Notes under the pieces: generated by a model
Seen by the model: the letters and a program-made list of their open reading frames with translations, nothing else
The model's database searches: none
What the model was told of the DNA's origin: nothing
Shown: piece after piece, positions 13,468 through 25,525 of the stretch
Layout: the number at the start of each line of letters is the position of its first letter
Position numbering within the stretch: position 1 is the stretch's first letter
Translations under genes and position numbers: made by a program
Assembly: GCF_963921235.1 (NCBI RefSeq)
Contig: NC_086109.1
Coordinates: 21,516,001-21,580,000 of the forward strand
Length of the DNA: 64,000 nucleotides
Reading direction: 5' to 3'
DNA from: Mobula hypostoma
Taxonomy: Eukaryota

Positions 13468-14004
13468 CACTCAATGGCCACTTTATTAGGGACCTTCTGT
13501 ACCTAACAAAATGGCCACTGAGTGTATGCTCTGCGGTTTTCTCCTATGGTGCCCCATCCACTTCAAGGTTTGACATGTGTGTTCAGAGATGGTCCTCTGT
13601 ACACCGCTGTTGTAACACATGGTTCTTCGAGTTGCTTTTGTCTTCCTGTCTGCTTGAGTCAGTCTGGTCATTCTCATCTGACCTCTCTCATTAACAAGGC
13701 TTTGTTGCCCACAGACAGATGTTATGGGATTTTTTTTTTGTAAGCTCTAGATACCGATGTGTGTGAAAAATCCCAGAAAATCAGCAGTTTCTGACATACT
13801 CAAACTACCCATATGGCACTGACAATCATTCAATGGTTAAAGTCATTTAGATCATATTTCTTATTCATTCTGATGCTTTGTCTGAACGACAAATGACTAT
13901 GTCTGCATGCTTTTATGTATTGAGTTGCAGCCTCATGGTTGACTAATTAGATATTGCAATAATGAGCAGTATGTAAGTGTGTCTAATAATGTTGCCACTG
14001 GGTG
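13468..14004 (-). mobile_element. Non-autonomous Tc1-family element, copy 2
   Basis: TA-flanked TIRs cactcaatggcca...ttgccactgggtg with an internal inverted TIR ending at 13524. ORF 13486..13677 RMTRLTQADRK..YNSGVQRTISEHTCQTLKWMG is a Tc1-type DNA-binding region. Confidence 0.85.
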
Positions 14005-14329
14005 TATTTGTTTGATTCTCAAGGAGATTGGGGACAATCTATACAGCTTTCCCTAAGGAGATGGATGAATGGATTGAATTGCATGTAGAGAGCAATAGGT
14101 CTGTGGCAAGCAATAAAGTGGCCACATAGAGTGGACGGGTGAATGGTGGGACTAAAGTTTGCATGGTCTGTGGAAAAACATTAAATATCTGGATAGATTC
14201 AATGATGGGCTGATTGGACATACCTGCACTGAGTGATTAAATGAGTACTGCCCAAGATTAGGTATTTGCTTTGGACTGTGGGCAGTAGTGCTATGGGTAG
14301 GGCAGAATGGTTATAAGTGGGTTGTGTAA

Positions 14330-14745
14330 GCAAATTATGGAAAGAAATTTGTATCGGTTGCTCTCCCAGATGCTCTTGGAGATGTTATTGAAATTCTGAG
14401 ATTTATAGATTGGACTGCAGTTCATATTGGCTTCTTTCATTTCTATGTTTTCTTGCCTATTCTTTCTTGTTGCTGATTGGAGGCTGGGGATTTGGGGGTT
14501 TGAAATTCTGGTTGCCGCTTCTCTGTCTGGGCGATCTGTTGGTTGTAATGCGAGGGAGGTGTTGGTGGGGTTTGGGGTTTGTGTGTTTTTGTTTCTTTTA
14601 TTCTTTTTGTGCGAGGTAGTGGATTGATGCCTTTTCTTCCAACTACTTCTATGGTTTTGCCGAATTTTATAGCTGTCTGGAGAAGACAAATCTCAGAGTT
14701 GTATTCTGCATACATACTTTGATAATAAAATAAACCTTTGAAATT
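14330..14745 (+). mobile_element. Non-autonomous retroelement with Rex1/Babar-like 3' tail
   Basis: The tail gaagacaaatctcagagttgtattctgcatacatactttgataataaa...cctttgaa is shared with 56890-56980. Confidence 0.5.
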
Positions 14746-15617
14746 AAATAGTTGGCATTGAGCTGTCAAAGAACAGATTGAGCATGTGTTGTGTAAAGTG
14801 CTTGTCAAAAGGTCTGAGTACTTTCCACCACCCCTGTCCTTATTTTTGGAAATTTTTACTCAAAGGTTATAGCAATTGTTAATATAGAGTAAAGAATAAG
14901 TAGCACATAATTGGGAACATTTGAACCAATCAGTTCTTATTGGCTTTTCTTTCAGGTGAGGTCCTCTAGAGACTAGATTCAATAGATTATGTATTTTGCC
15001 CGCAGTAAATCTCACCCACATTAATCTATCACCTTTAATATATCAAAAGTCTGCTGAAGAAATATCTTCTGTCGTTAATGCAGCTGGTTGCCACATTTGA
15101 TTATTTTTTTATACATTTTAAATCCTGTTAATTAAATGAACAAAGTACAGAAATGTCACAAGGCAGTCATGTGGAATCATTACAGTCACAAATTATAACA
15201 TTTGAAAGGAAGACATGCTTTCTGTTTCCCTCCAGCTGTATTGTATTGTTGGCTTACAATTAGTCAACAGGCATTCAGGGGTGACGTCTAGAAGGACTCC
15301 TTCACACAAAATAGTTGCCATCTGGGGAACATGGCTAAAGGTAGATTCCAGAACTATTTTAAGCAAATATATTGTATATTGTTACAGAACCAAAGCAGAT
15401 AGTTGATGTAGATTAGCTGCATCAGGTCTGATGGATTGAATGGACGTCTCTTGCATTTGAGAAACGTCACTAGGCTGCAGTTTTAATGGTTTGTAACATA
15501 TTGAATCTTGGATTCTCCAATAATGATGTGGTTATCTCAGACAGTAACAATCTTCATTAAAAATCCATTATGCATGTGAATTAGCCAGGGCTGACAGACT
15601 ACTGCCATCCTCAAATG

Positions 15618-15978
15618 GTGAAAGGGCTCAATAGAGTGGATGTGGAGAGCAAGTTTCCTGTGGTGAGAGGACCTAAGACCAGAGGACGTAGCTTCAGAAT
15701 AGAATAGCATCCTTTCAGAACAGAGATGAGGAGGAATTGCTTTAGTCAGAGAGTAGTAATTCTGTAGAATTCGTTGCAACGGGGGGCTATGGAGCTCGTC
15801 TTTACATATATTTATGGCAGAGGTTGATATATTCTTGAAGGGCATGAAGGGATATGAGGAGAAGGCAGGAGACTGGGCCTGAGAGGAAAAATGGATCAGC
15901 CAATGATGAAATGGTGGAGCCATCTCAATGGGCCAAATGGCCTAATCCTGCTCCTATATCTTATGGTCTTATGGTCTT
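15618..15978 (+). mobile_element. CR1 LINE 3' fragment
   Basis: Homologous to 8800-9167; ends cctatatcttatggtcttatggtc. Confidence 0.8.
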
Positions 15979-16663
15979 TTTTTTTGTACAGTCATATATA
16001 AAGGCTAATGTAGTTTGATACTATTGTCGGACAAGATGGTCATTTAGTTGTAATATTTTTGACAAACTTGATAAATGAAGTTTAGGGACAATAATAGTGA
16101 GGGTCATGACATGGAATGAGGAATGTCACACCAACAAAGCTCTTTGTGTTTCTCACTTCCTATCTCTTTCATGTTGTTTAATTGTCATCCCCTCTTCTGT
16201 TCCAGAAATTTTATCCCATGAAGCATATTTGGACAGTTGGCAATATTAAAGGTATCATATAAAATCAAGTTATGGCTGTTATTAATGTTCTAGGACTTTC
16301 CTGAAAGAGTTGGATTTTATGAAATCTAAAACTGCTGGCAAGACCATTCCAACACCTGCCACTCTCTGACAGCTAAGCCACATAACATTTTATGGAAATC
16401 CAAGATGATCATTATCACATCAATCTGTGAGGTAATGTTTGCAAGCAAGACAAAATATCCCTGCTGTTCAAACTCAATTTGCCAAATGTTTCTCTACTTT
16501 CTCTTCCTTTCATTAATGGCACTTGTTCTTATATATTGAATCTGATTGCCTCATCTTCAAACATCTGGATATTACGATCCTGGATCAAATAGTAACTTGA
16601 AGTTAGGAGAAGTGAATGGTCTTTATTTCTTTCCTTTAGATTGATTACTGCTTCTGGTAACAC

Positions 16664-17206
16664 TACACATTACGTGCTCTTTTACCTAATAAAGTGGGTA
16701 CTGAGTACAATTTTATGGTCTTCTGTTGCTATAGCCCATCTACTTCAAGATTTGACATTTTGTACATTCAGAGATGCTCTTCTGCAGACTACTGTTGTAA
16801 TGCATGGTTGGTTGAGTTACTGTTGTCTTCCTGTCAGCTTGAAACAGCTCTCTGACCTCTTGCATTAAAAAGGCATTTTCATCCACAGAACTGCTGCCCA
16901 CTGGATTTCTTTCTCCTTTCTTCACCATTCTCTGTAAACTCTAGAGACTCCTGTGTGTGTGAAAATCCCAGGAGATTAGTAGTTTCTGAGAAACTCAAAC
17001 CACCCCATCTGGCACCAACAACCATTCCATAGTAAAGGGCACTTCAATCACATTTCTTCCTCATTCTGATGTTTGGTCTGAACAACAACTTAGCCTCTTG
17101 ACCACGTTTGCATGCTTTTATGCCTTGAGATGCAGCCACCTGATTGGATGATCAGATATTTGCATTAATGAGCAGGTGTACAATGTACCTAATAAAGTAC
17201 TGAGTG
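16664..17206 (-). mobile_element. Non-autonomous Tc1-family element, copy 3
   Basis: ORF 16740..16928 QADRKTTVTQPTMHYNSSLQKSISECT; terminal tacctaataaagtactgagtg-ta. Confidence 0.8.
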
Positions 17207-17409
17207 TATATTTAATGAACTTCTCCTTAACAAATATCTAAATGCTATAAAGTGGTACCCATGAGATTAGTGTACTTGAAGAATTAGATCAAATTATAAT
17301 GGTGGACTCAACCCCTACCATTAGTTGCAAGGCCACAGGACATGCAGTTGAAGAGGACAGATTTGCATGGTTTTAGAGCAGGAAATCCAATGGGCGCAAA
17401 GCCTAATTC

Positions 17410-17702
17410 AGCACAGTCTCAGAATAGAAGGGTGCCCATTTAGCACAGAGATGAGGAGGAATTTCTTTAGCCAGTGGGTGGAGAATCTATGGAAGCCACT
17501 ACCTCAGACAGATGTGGAGGCCAAGTCAATGGGTATATTTAAAGCGGTGGTTGATGGGTTCTTGCTTAGTAAGGGTGCCAAAGGTTATGAGGAGAAGGTA
17601 GAAGAATGGGGTTGAGAAGGATAATAAATCATCCATCATGGACTGGCGGAGCAGACTCAATGGGCCATAAGGCTTAGTTCTGCCCCTATGCCTTATGGTC
17701 TA
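17410..17702 (+). mobile_element. CR1 LINE 3' fragment
   Basis: HSLRIEGCPFSTEMRRNFFSQWVENLW; ends ccttatggtct. Confidence 0.8.
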
Positions 17703-18294
17703 AATTTGATCATGAGTTTCAAAATACCAACACAAAAATGCTGGACTTTAATGGCTTCTTAATGTGTTTACAAAGCTGCATTTTCAAATAAAATGGATGT
17801 ATTTATCCTACTGTTTCCCATCTTCTTTTCTGGGATGTGAATTCATCCCGGATATGAACCATTCCACTAACCAAATACACAAGCAAGCAAACTATGCTTC
17901 TTGCTCAGAATTCTTGCTGCTGTCAGAATCGCTGATGTACTTGGGTTTTCTGATGGAGGATCTCTAATGACTGATGCTAATCAGGCCATTTGAGTCTGGT
18001 GTGAACCTGATCCTCATTAGTTCACACTTATTTTCTGCTGATTTCTCTAGTGTTCGGGAGATGCAGACACTCCTTAATCAGGTGGGAATGTGCAATATAG
18101 TGAAGCCCATACTGTTTCTTGATTTTTCCACCTCATTTTTGCTGATTCTACTGCCTTACCATCACAAGCTGCTTGACACTGATTAAAAGGAGATGATAGC
18201 AATATTGACAAAATGGAGCCAATATTCTGCTTGGTGCCTTAAGCAACTCCTGGAGGGCTATTGCTGAATCAATTTTGGCGCATGTGCCAATCTA

Positions 18295-18996
18295 CAATGG
18301 GAGATTGGCGGTGGAGAGAGTCAGCAGCTTGAAATTTCTGGGCCCAGCATATAGATTAATCACAAAGAAGGCTGGCCAGCACCTTTACATTTTTTAAAGA
18401 GGGTAAGGAAGTTTGGCTTGCCACCAAATGCTCTAACAAACCTCTGCAGATGTACTGTTTAAAACATCCTGGCTGGTTGCAGCATGTTTGATACAGAAAT
18501 TTGAATGTGCACAAATATAAAAAGCTGCAGAGAGTAGTGGACATCACAGGCATATCTCTCCCCACAATTGTCATACCTACAGGAGACAGCAGCCTTGAGA
18601 GTGCATCATCTATCATCAAAGATCACCACCATCCAGACTATGCTTCCTTCTCACGGCTGTTATTGAGCAAGAGGTACAGAAGCCTGAAGCCCCACCCCAC
18701 CACGTTCAAGAACAGTTACTTCTCTTCAACCACTCAGTTCTTGAAATAATCAGCACAACCCTAATCACAGCAGTTCAGCAACATTATGACCACATTCATC
18801 ACTTTGTACTAAAATAGACTTTGTTTTATTTTTGTTCTAGCTGTGTTCTTTCTTGCAAACATTGCATATAATTAATGTTTTTTTTGTGATTGCTCCTTAT
18901 ATGTTGCTCTATGCCCATGAAACTGCTGCAAGGAAGGTTTTCAACGCACTTATTCACACATACCCTTGTGCATATGACCATGAACTTAACTTTGAT
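18295..18996 (+). mobile_element. Rex1/Babar LINE 3' fragment
   Basis: gtggagagagtcagcagcttgaaatttctggg (VERVSSLKFLG) and ORF 18501..18749 KKLQRVV..ASSIIKDHHHP..RYRSLK..FKNSYF; aacttaactttga tail. Confidence 0.7.
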
Positions 18997-19623
18997 ATTA
19001 ACTCGGCCACCAATTTTCCAACATTTACACACTGACCTGTATTAGTTTCTACTCCAGTTTTAATTTCAATTTCAAGTTCGCATTCTTGTTTTCAAATGCT
19101 CCCTCTGTCCCCAGCTCAGAAACCTCCTCCAATGCAACACATTTGAATATCACTGTGCTCTTCCAGTCACATCCTGACTCTTGTTCCTTCACTTTTGGAG
19201 ATAGAGATGGAATTCTAAGTTTCTGCACCTCTTTCCATCTCTCTAGTCTGTTAATATTTTTCTTAACCTCACTCTCTATGAGCAACCATTTGGTCACTCT
19301 TGCTGCAGGGTCAGATATTGTGAATTCTCACATCAAAGCCTTGAACACAAAATCTAGCTGATGCCCTGATTCAGTCCAGCAATACTGTGTATCTCAAGTG
19401 TAATGTTAGACTGGTACTATGGTTGTTTAAGAGTTGCCTTTACAGATTTTGCACAGGAAGTTAGATTATCTTGCCATAATCCCATTATGATGTGTAGACA
19501 CGTCTGTGCACAAATTGTATGACATGTTACCTGAATTATAGTGATGACTTTAAATGAAAGTGTGACATAATTGGAAAACTCATGAAGATAGCATGGGGAT
19601 GTAAAAAGATCCACATTGTGGAG

Positions 19624-19840
19624 GAACACACACAAAATTCTGGAGGGACTCAAGAAGTCAAGCAGCATCTATGGAGAGGAATAAACAGTTGATGTTTTGG
19701 ACCAAAAACCCTTCATCAGGCGTTGGCCTAAAATGGCGACTGTTTATTCCTCTCTCCATAGATGCTGCCTGACCTGCTGAGTTTCACCAGCATTCTATGT
19801 GTGTTGCTCTGGATTTCCAGCATCTGTAGAATCTCATTGT
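19624..19840. repeat. Penelope pLTR-derived palindrome (head-to-head pLTR halves)
   Basis: gcagcatctatggagaggaataaacag pairs with ctgtttattcctctctccatagatgctgc (2-nt indel); the centre carries cttcatcagg, a minus-strand CTGATGAAGGG hammerhead core. Confidence 0.75.
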
Positions 19841-20439
19841 GGAGTTCTCCATCTGTTGGTTCCTTGACCAAAGTGAATCTGTACCATAGCATCTGCAATA
19901 TGAAATCCTGTATGATGAGGAGAGTGAAGAGACTACATAGTGAGGCCTCCACAGTGGGGAATGGTATGATAGGAGCCTTTTCCATGCAGATCTGTTGGAG
20001 AGGAACTTCTATCACTAGGGGACTGCCGCCACACAGAATGAAGGTGGTCTCCTCCAGCAGAACCACATGGTGATGGTGTCCTTCATGAGGAAACCACATT
20101 TTAGTCCACAGGGAACCAGATAGTCCGTGCTTCCAATGTAGAGCCTTTCTCTATGGGAGCCTGCATCAGGACGCTGTAAAAAGGAGTACTCCAAGGGTGG
20201 GGCCCATAACAAAGAGTTATGGACAATGGCGTTCAGATATCTTGAACTTTGCTCTTTCCCTGGATACGTAATTAAAATAAATCAAATAAAACACAAATAA
20301 ATAATCTTAATTATAGGGAACAATGCTCATTCCCCCGGTTTTTAAAGATCTTCAAGTAAGCTTTTGATGGAGTATCAATGGATTGAAAATCAAATGGCTT
20401 CTCAAAAGTGCATATAATCGCTCTCACAAGATTATGTCA

Positions 20440-20606
20440 ATACTCAATAAGTTTCAGTGAGACCCCCCATCATTATTCTAAACCCCAGCGAGTACAGGCC
20501 AAGAGCCATCAAGTGCTCCTCATACATTAACCCTTTCGTTCTTGGAATCATTCTAGTGAACCTCCTCTGGATCCTCTCCAATGCCAGCACATCCTTTCTT
20601 AGATAA
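20440..20606 (-). mobile_element. CR1 ORF2 fragment
   Basis: ORF 20444..20635 PYLRKDVLALERIQRRFTRMIP. Confidence 0.75.
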
Positions 20607-21198
20607 GGGCGGCACGGTAGCACAGTGGTTAGCACAACGCTTTACAAAACAGGAGACGCGGTTTCAATTCTCGCCACTGCCTATAATTAGTGACTGTGTA
20701 GGCTTCCTCTGGGTACTCCAGTTTTCTCCCACAGTCCAAAGCCCTCCTGGTTGGTAGGTTGATTGATCAATGTAAATTGTCCCGTGAGTAGGCTAGGATT
20801 AAATCGGGGGATTGCTGGGTGGTGTGGCTCGAAGGGCCAGAAAGGCCTACGAGGGGTGATTGATAAGTTCGTGGCCTAAGGTAGAAGGAGATGAATTATT
20901 AACTTCAAACTTTCTGCGTAATCACTCAAAGATTTGAACTGCATGTGCATGCGAGAGCTGTATAACTTGTCTCCTTCTACCTTAGGCCAGAGACTTATCA
21001 ATTACCCCTGCTGTGGACGCTTTCTGGAGGTCCAAGATCCATATGCTCCATGACTGCTGGACTAAGTGTGTAAATGTAGGAGGGGAGTATGTTGAAAAAT
21101 AAATGTGCTAGGTTTTCTAAAATTGACTCCTTCTACCTTAGGCCACGAACTTATCAATCACCCCTCGTATTCCGTGCTGTATCTAAATAAATAAATAA
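20607..21198 (+). mobile_element. tRNA-derived SINE interrupted by a mariner MITE
   Basis: Head gggcggcacggtagcacagtggttagcac; V-SINE-like body; tail ttccgtgctgtatctaaataaataaataa resumes after 21169. Confidence 0.8.
20850..21167 (+). mobile_element. Mariner-derived MITE with TA TSD and perfect TIRs of about 41 bp
   Basis: TA-cgaggggtgattgataagttcgtggcctaaggtagaaggag...ctccttctaccttaggccacgaacttatcaatcacccctcg-TA. It retains a mariner-like C-terminus LHDCWTKCVNVGGEYVEK* (about 21046-21102) and a third TIR copy at about 20971-21009. Confidence 0.9.
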
Positions 21199-22009
21199 CC
21201 ATCCAGGAAACAAGGAGAACTTTCTCCAACGTTTCTGGTGATGGTCTAAGCCATTTTGCATGTATACACCTCCGTATGAATAGTGAACATTTTGGGGATG
21301 CCCTGAGGGAGCAATAAAGTGCTCATTAAGTTTAAGCTATTTTTTTCTTGCTTCCTGTTTATGTCAGGCCATGGTGAGCATTTTGCAGAAAACACAATTC
21401 TTTATCAATTTTCTGTTGGAACTAAAACATTCAGGATCAATAACATCTCTTAAAACGAAGTGTCATTCAATACTTAGAGGTCTGGCTTGGTTGTAGCCAC
21501 TGTTAATTCTATTGATTTTGAATCCACAACTCTTCCCCAATCTACCCTTTCCATTCTCTGCCATCCCAATATCAATTACTCCTGAAGTCAGAGACAATCT
21601 TCATCGCCAAAGTTTAATCAAGTTACCTCGTATTTCACTTGGCTTGCATCTCAGTATTCAGATGATGTTTGAAGAGGCAGTGTGATGAGTTGTTGCACGT
21701 ATGTATTTAAGAAATCTCTAAAACAAGCAACACTTAATATTTCATGTGGGTTAGAGCTAGGTTAGACAAGATATTGGCAAATCTTTCCAGTTTAGGGCAG
21801 GCAGGAAGACTGAGGTTTAAATATAATATTGTTGGCTCCATTATATGAATTAAATCAATGTTAAACAATAATCAGCACACGGGGATTCTTGTTTGGGGCT
21901 CAGGCTTCTAGCCCCCTTGGTCTGAGGCTGATTACATTTAAATTTAGTTCCAGTATTCACCTGTAAGTATGTAATTCCTCTCCACGCCCTGTGGCGCATC
22001 GGGTGGCTC

Positions 22010-24450
22010 TGTTTTTCATATTTTCTCTCCATTGACTTCTGCTGGTATTTGAAAGCATCCCAATCCTCTGACTTCCCACTAATTTTTGCTCTATTATATA
22101 CCCTCTCTTTGGCTTTTATGTTGGCTTTGACTTCTCTTGTTAGCCATGGCTGTGTCATCTTATCTTTAGAATACCCTTCCTCTTTGGGATGTATTTATCC
22201 TGTGCGTTCCAAATTGCTTCCAGAAATTCCAGCCATTGCTGCTCTGCCATTATCCCTGCCAGTGTTCTTTTCCAATCAATTCTGACTAACTCCTCGCTCA
22301 TGCCTCTGTAATTCCCTTTATTCTGCTGTAATACTGATACATCTGACTTTAGCTTCTCCTTCTCAAAATTCAGGTGGATTCAGTCACATTATGATCACTC
22401 TCCCCTAAGGGTTCTTTTCCCTTAAGCTCTAATCAATTTCTGATCATTGCACAATGCCCAATCCGGAATAGCTGATCCCCTGGAGGCTTAACCATGAGTT
22501 GCTCTAAAAAGCATTTCATAAGCATTCTAGAAATTCCTCCTCCTGGAATCCAGCACCAACCCAATGTTCCCAATCTGCCTGCATATTGAACTCTCCCATG
22601 ACTATTGTAACATTGCCCTTTTGGTATGCATTTTCTATCTCCCTTTGTAATTTGTAGACCACATCCTTAATACTGTTTGGGGGTCCATATATGACTCCTA
22701 TCAGGGTCTTTTTACCCTTGCAGTTCCTTACTTCTATCCATAATGATTCAACACCTTCCAACCCTATGTCATCTCTTTCTAATGATCTGATTTCAATTTT
22801 TACAAACACAGCAACACCACCCCCTCTGCCTTCCTGTCTGTCCTTTCGATACAATGTGTATCCTTGAACATTAAGCTCCTAGCTATAATCTTCTTTCAGC
22901 CATAATTCAGTGATGCCTACAACGTGATACTTGCCAATCTGTAACTGTGCATCTATCTAATGCTGTACACTGTGCACATTCAAATATAACACCTTCAGTC
23001 CTGTATTCACCTTTTTTGATTTTGTCCACCACTAATGTTGCAACTCATCCTGTTGACTGCAATTTTGCCCTATCATCAGCCTCTCCTGGCTAGGATCTCA
23101 CTACACATTGCCTCTGTTTCTAAACCACTTACCTCATTCAGCACTATCACTCCAGTTTCCACCCCCCTGCCAAATTAGTTTAAACCCTCCCGAAGAACAC
23201 TGGCCAACCTGCCCGCAAGGATATTTGACCCGCTCGGATTCAGGTGTAACCCCTCCTTTTTATACAAGGCATACCTTCCCCAGCAGAGATCCCAATGATC
23301 CATAAATCTACCCCTTGCACCAGTTCCTCAGCCACGCATTCACCTGCAAGATCATCCAATTCTTACATTCACTGGCATGTGATACAGGCAGCAATTCAGA
23401 GATTACTACCCTGTTTCTCAGCTTTCTGCCTAGCTCCCTAAAATCTCTCTTTAGGGACTCCTCACCTTGTCTACCTATGTCATTGGTGCCAATACGCATC
23501 AAGTCTTCTTGCTTCTCATCCTCACCCTTTAGAGTGCCATGGTCCTGATCCGAGACATCCTTTATCCTGGCACCACTGAGGCAACATACCATCCAGATGT
23601 CTCTATCACGCCCACAGATCCTTGTCTCTGTTCCCCTGGTGAAGGAATCTCCTATCAACACTGCAATCCTCTTCACCTCCCTGCTCTTCTGACCCACAGC
23701 ACCAGACTCAGGACTAGAGACCTGGTCACCTTGTTTCCCCCCGGTAGGTCGTCCCCTCAATATTATCTAAAGTTGTATACTTATTATTGAGGGGGATGGC
23801 CACAGGTGTACACTGCACTAGCAGTGTATATCCCACCCTCTCCTGGCAGTCACCGAGTTACCTATCTCCTACTTCTCTGTAGCTCCTGTCTATCACCCCC
23901 TCATTCTTCTGTATGAGTCAAAGGTCATTGGGCTGCAGCTGCAGTTCCTAAATACGTTCTCACAGGAGCTGCAACTCAGTGGTGCACCTGGTGCAGATGT
24001 TTTTATCTGGGAGACTGGAGGTCCTCCAGACTTCCCACATCCCACACAGAGTACAAATCACTGCCTGCCCTGGAGCTATTCTCTCTAATCGACTGTGCCC
24101 TAATAGACGGGGAATGAACAAATAAGGCCAAAGAGAGAGAGAGAGAGAGAGAGACAGTAACTTACAAGGCAATGTACCTCACCCAAACCTGATCTCGCCA
24201 AAGCCTGATGAGCCAAAGCCCCTCTAAAGAATGGCGCATTCACAAGAATGGCCGTTCCTCTTGCATTCAATTTATTCTTATTGGCCCTTTCTAATGAATC
24301 CCTCTTGCTGATTGATCGCACCTCAAGTCAGAAAAACTGCTGCGAAACTCTGCATTCAAAATCTCGATTGCCACCCTGATTAAAAGGTAGCTTTTTTCAC
24401 ACACCCCAGGTGTGGATTGTTCAACAATTTGATATTTCAATATACACCTG
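22010..24450 (-). mobile_element. CR1 LINE 5' half (5'UTR, ORF1 zinc finger and esterase, ORF2 endonuclease), decayed
   Basis: ORF 23960..24172 VICTLCGMWEV..CTRC..LQLL; ORF 23308..23760 AVLIGDSFTRG..IGTNDIG (SGNH-like esterase); ORF 22516..22854 YRKDRQEGRGGGVA..VIYGPPN..MGEFN; QPWLTREVKANIKAK. Confidence 0.88.
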
Positions 24451-24929
24451 ACACACAAAGCTAATCCTTCCTTCTTTTCCTTCAAGTGTTACTGGGTTGG
24501 ACTACTCAAAGTTCATCATAAATTCCTTTCAGTTCACCAGAACTACTTATTGTGAATGCAGGAAGTAAATATGATAAACAGCCCAGTGGTGTATTGTGGG
24601 TTCTTCTGAAGTAGTCTCTAGAGCTGAGTATCATTGTCACTCATCAGTCAGTTAGACATGTTGAACTAAGTGAACACAGCTGTTTATTGTGGCAGTCAAT
24701 CAACTGAACTGCAATATGGTCCAAACAATGTTATAAGAGATAACCACAGTACGCATGTCTCTTCAGGAAGCAGCGACTTGTCTACCTGAAAGTAGCATCA
24801 TTCCTTAGCATCTAATAAACTATACACTTTAAAAAAGGATAAGGTGAATAACTCTGGATGCATTGCCAAAAAATTTTACATTGATAGCCCCAATAAGTCA
24901 ATGCAGGTCAATGGTAATCTTGGAGTTTG

Positions 24930-25525
24930 AAGAAACAGCAGATGCTGGAGCCTGGCACCAAAACTAAGCTGCTGGAAGAATTCAGCAGGTCAGGCAGCAT
25001 CTGTGGAGCAAATAGGGTGATCATTGTTTCAGGCTGATAGGTGGAAATAGATTGTTGGGGGTGGGGGGGGAATAACGGGCAGAAGGAGCTGGGGTGGAGG
25101 CAGAGTGGGGGGGGGGTAATGATGAGACAGACGCTAGATGGTTAGACGGAACCAGATAAGGGAAAGATGATAGGCAGATTGGACCAGGTAGGAGTGGGGA
25201 AAAGGCACTCCTATAATGGGGAAGTCTGGGACCAGAAACCACAACATCAGAATAGAAGGACATCCCTTTAGAACAGAGATGAGGAAGAATTTCTTTAGCC
25301 AGAGAGTGGTGAATCTGTAGAATTCATGGCCACAGACAGCTGTGGAGGCCAAGTCATTGGATATATTTAAAGTGGACGTTGATAGGTGCTAGATTAGTAA
25401 GAGTGCCAAAGGTTATAGGGGAAAGGCAGCAGAATGGAGTTGAGAGGGATAATAAATCAGTCATGATGGAATGGCAGAGCAGACTCGATGGGCTGGGTGG
25501 CCTAATTCTACTCCTACGTCTTATA
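24930..25525 (+). mobile_element. Penelope pLTR-derived fragment followed by a CR1 3' fragment
   Basis: gcagatgctgga..ctggaagaattcagcaggtcaggcagcatctgtggag at about 24937-25010; the CR1 3' end at about 25212-25525 matches 8840-9160. Confidence 0.65.

Noticed and set aside
15236..15340. Possible 105-nt coding exon (strong acceptor, open frame LYCIVGLQLVNRHSG...)
   Set aside because: The donor gtagat is weak and I do not recognise the peptide; it cannot be supported without RNA or conservation data.
19850..20240. Possible host exon or Tx1/L1 remnant
   Set aside because: No long open frame with splice sites; the resemblance to a LINE C-terminal region is too weak to call.
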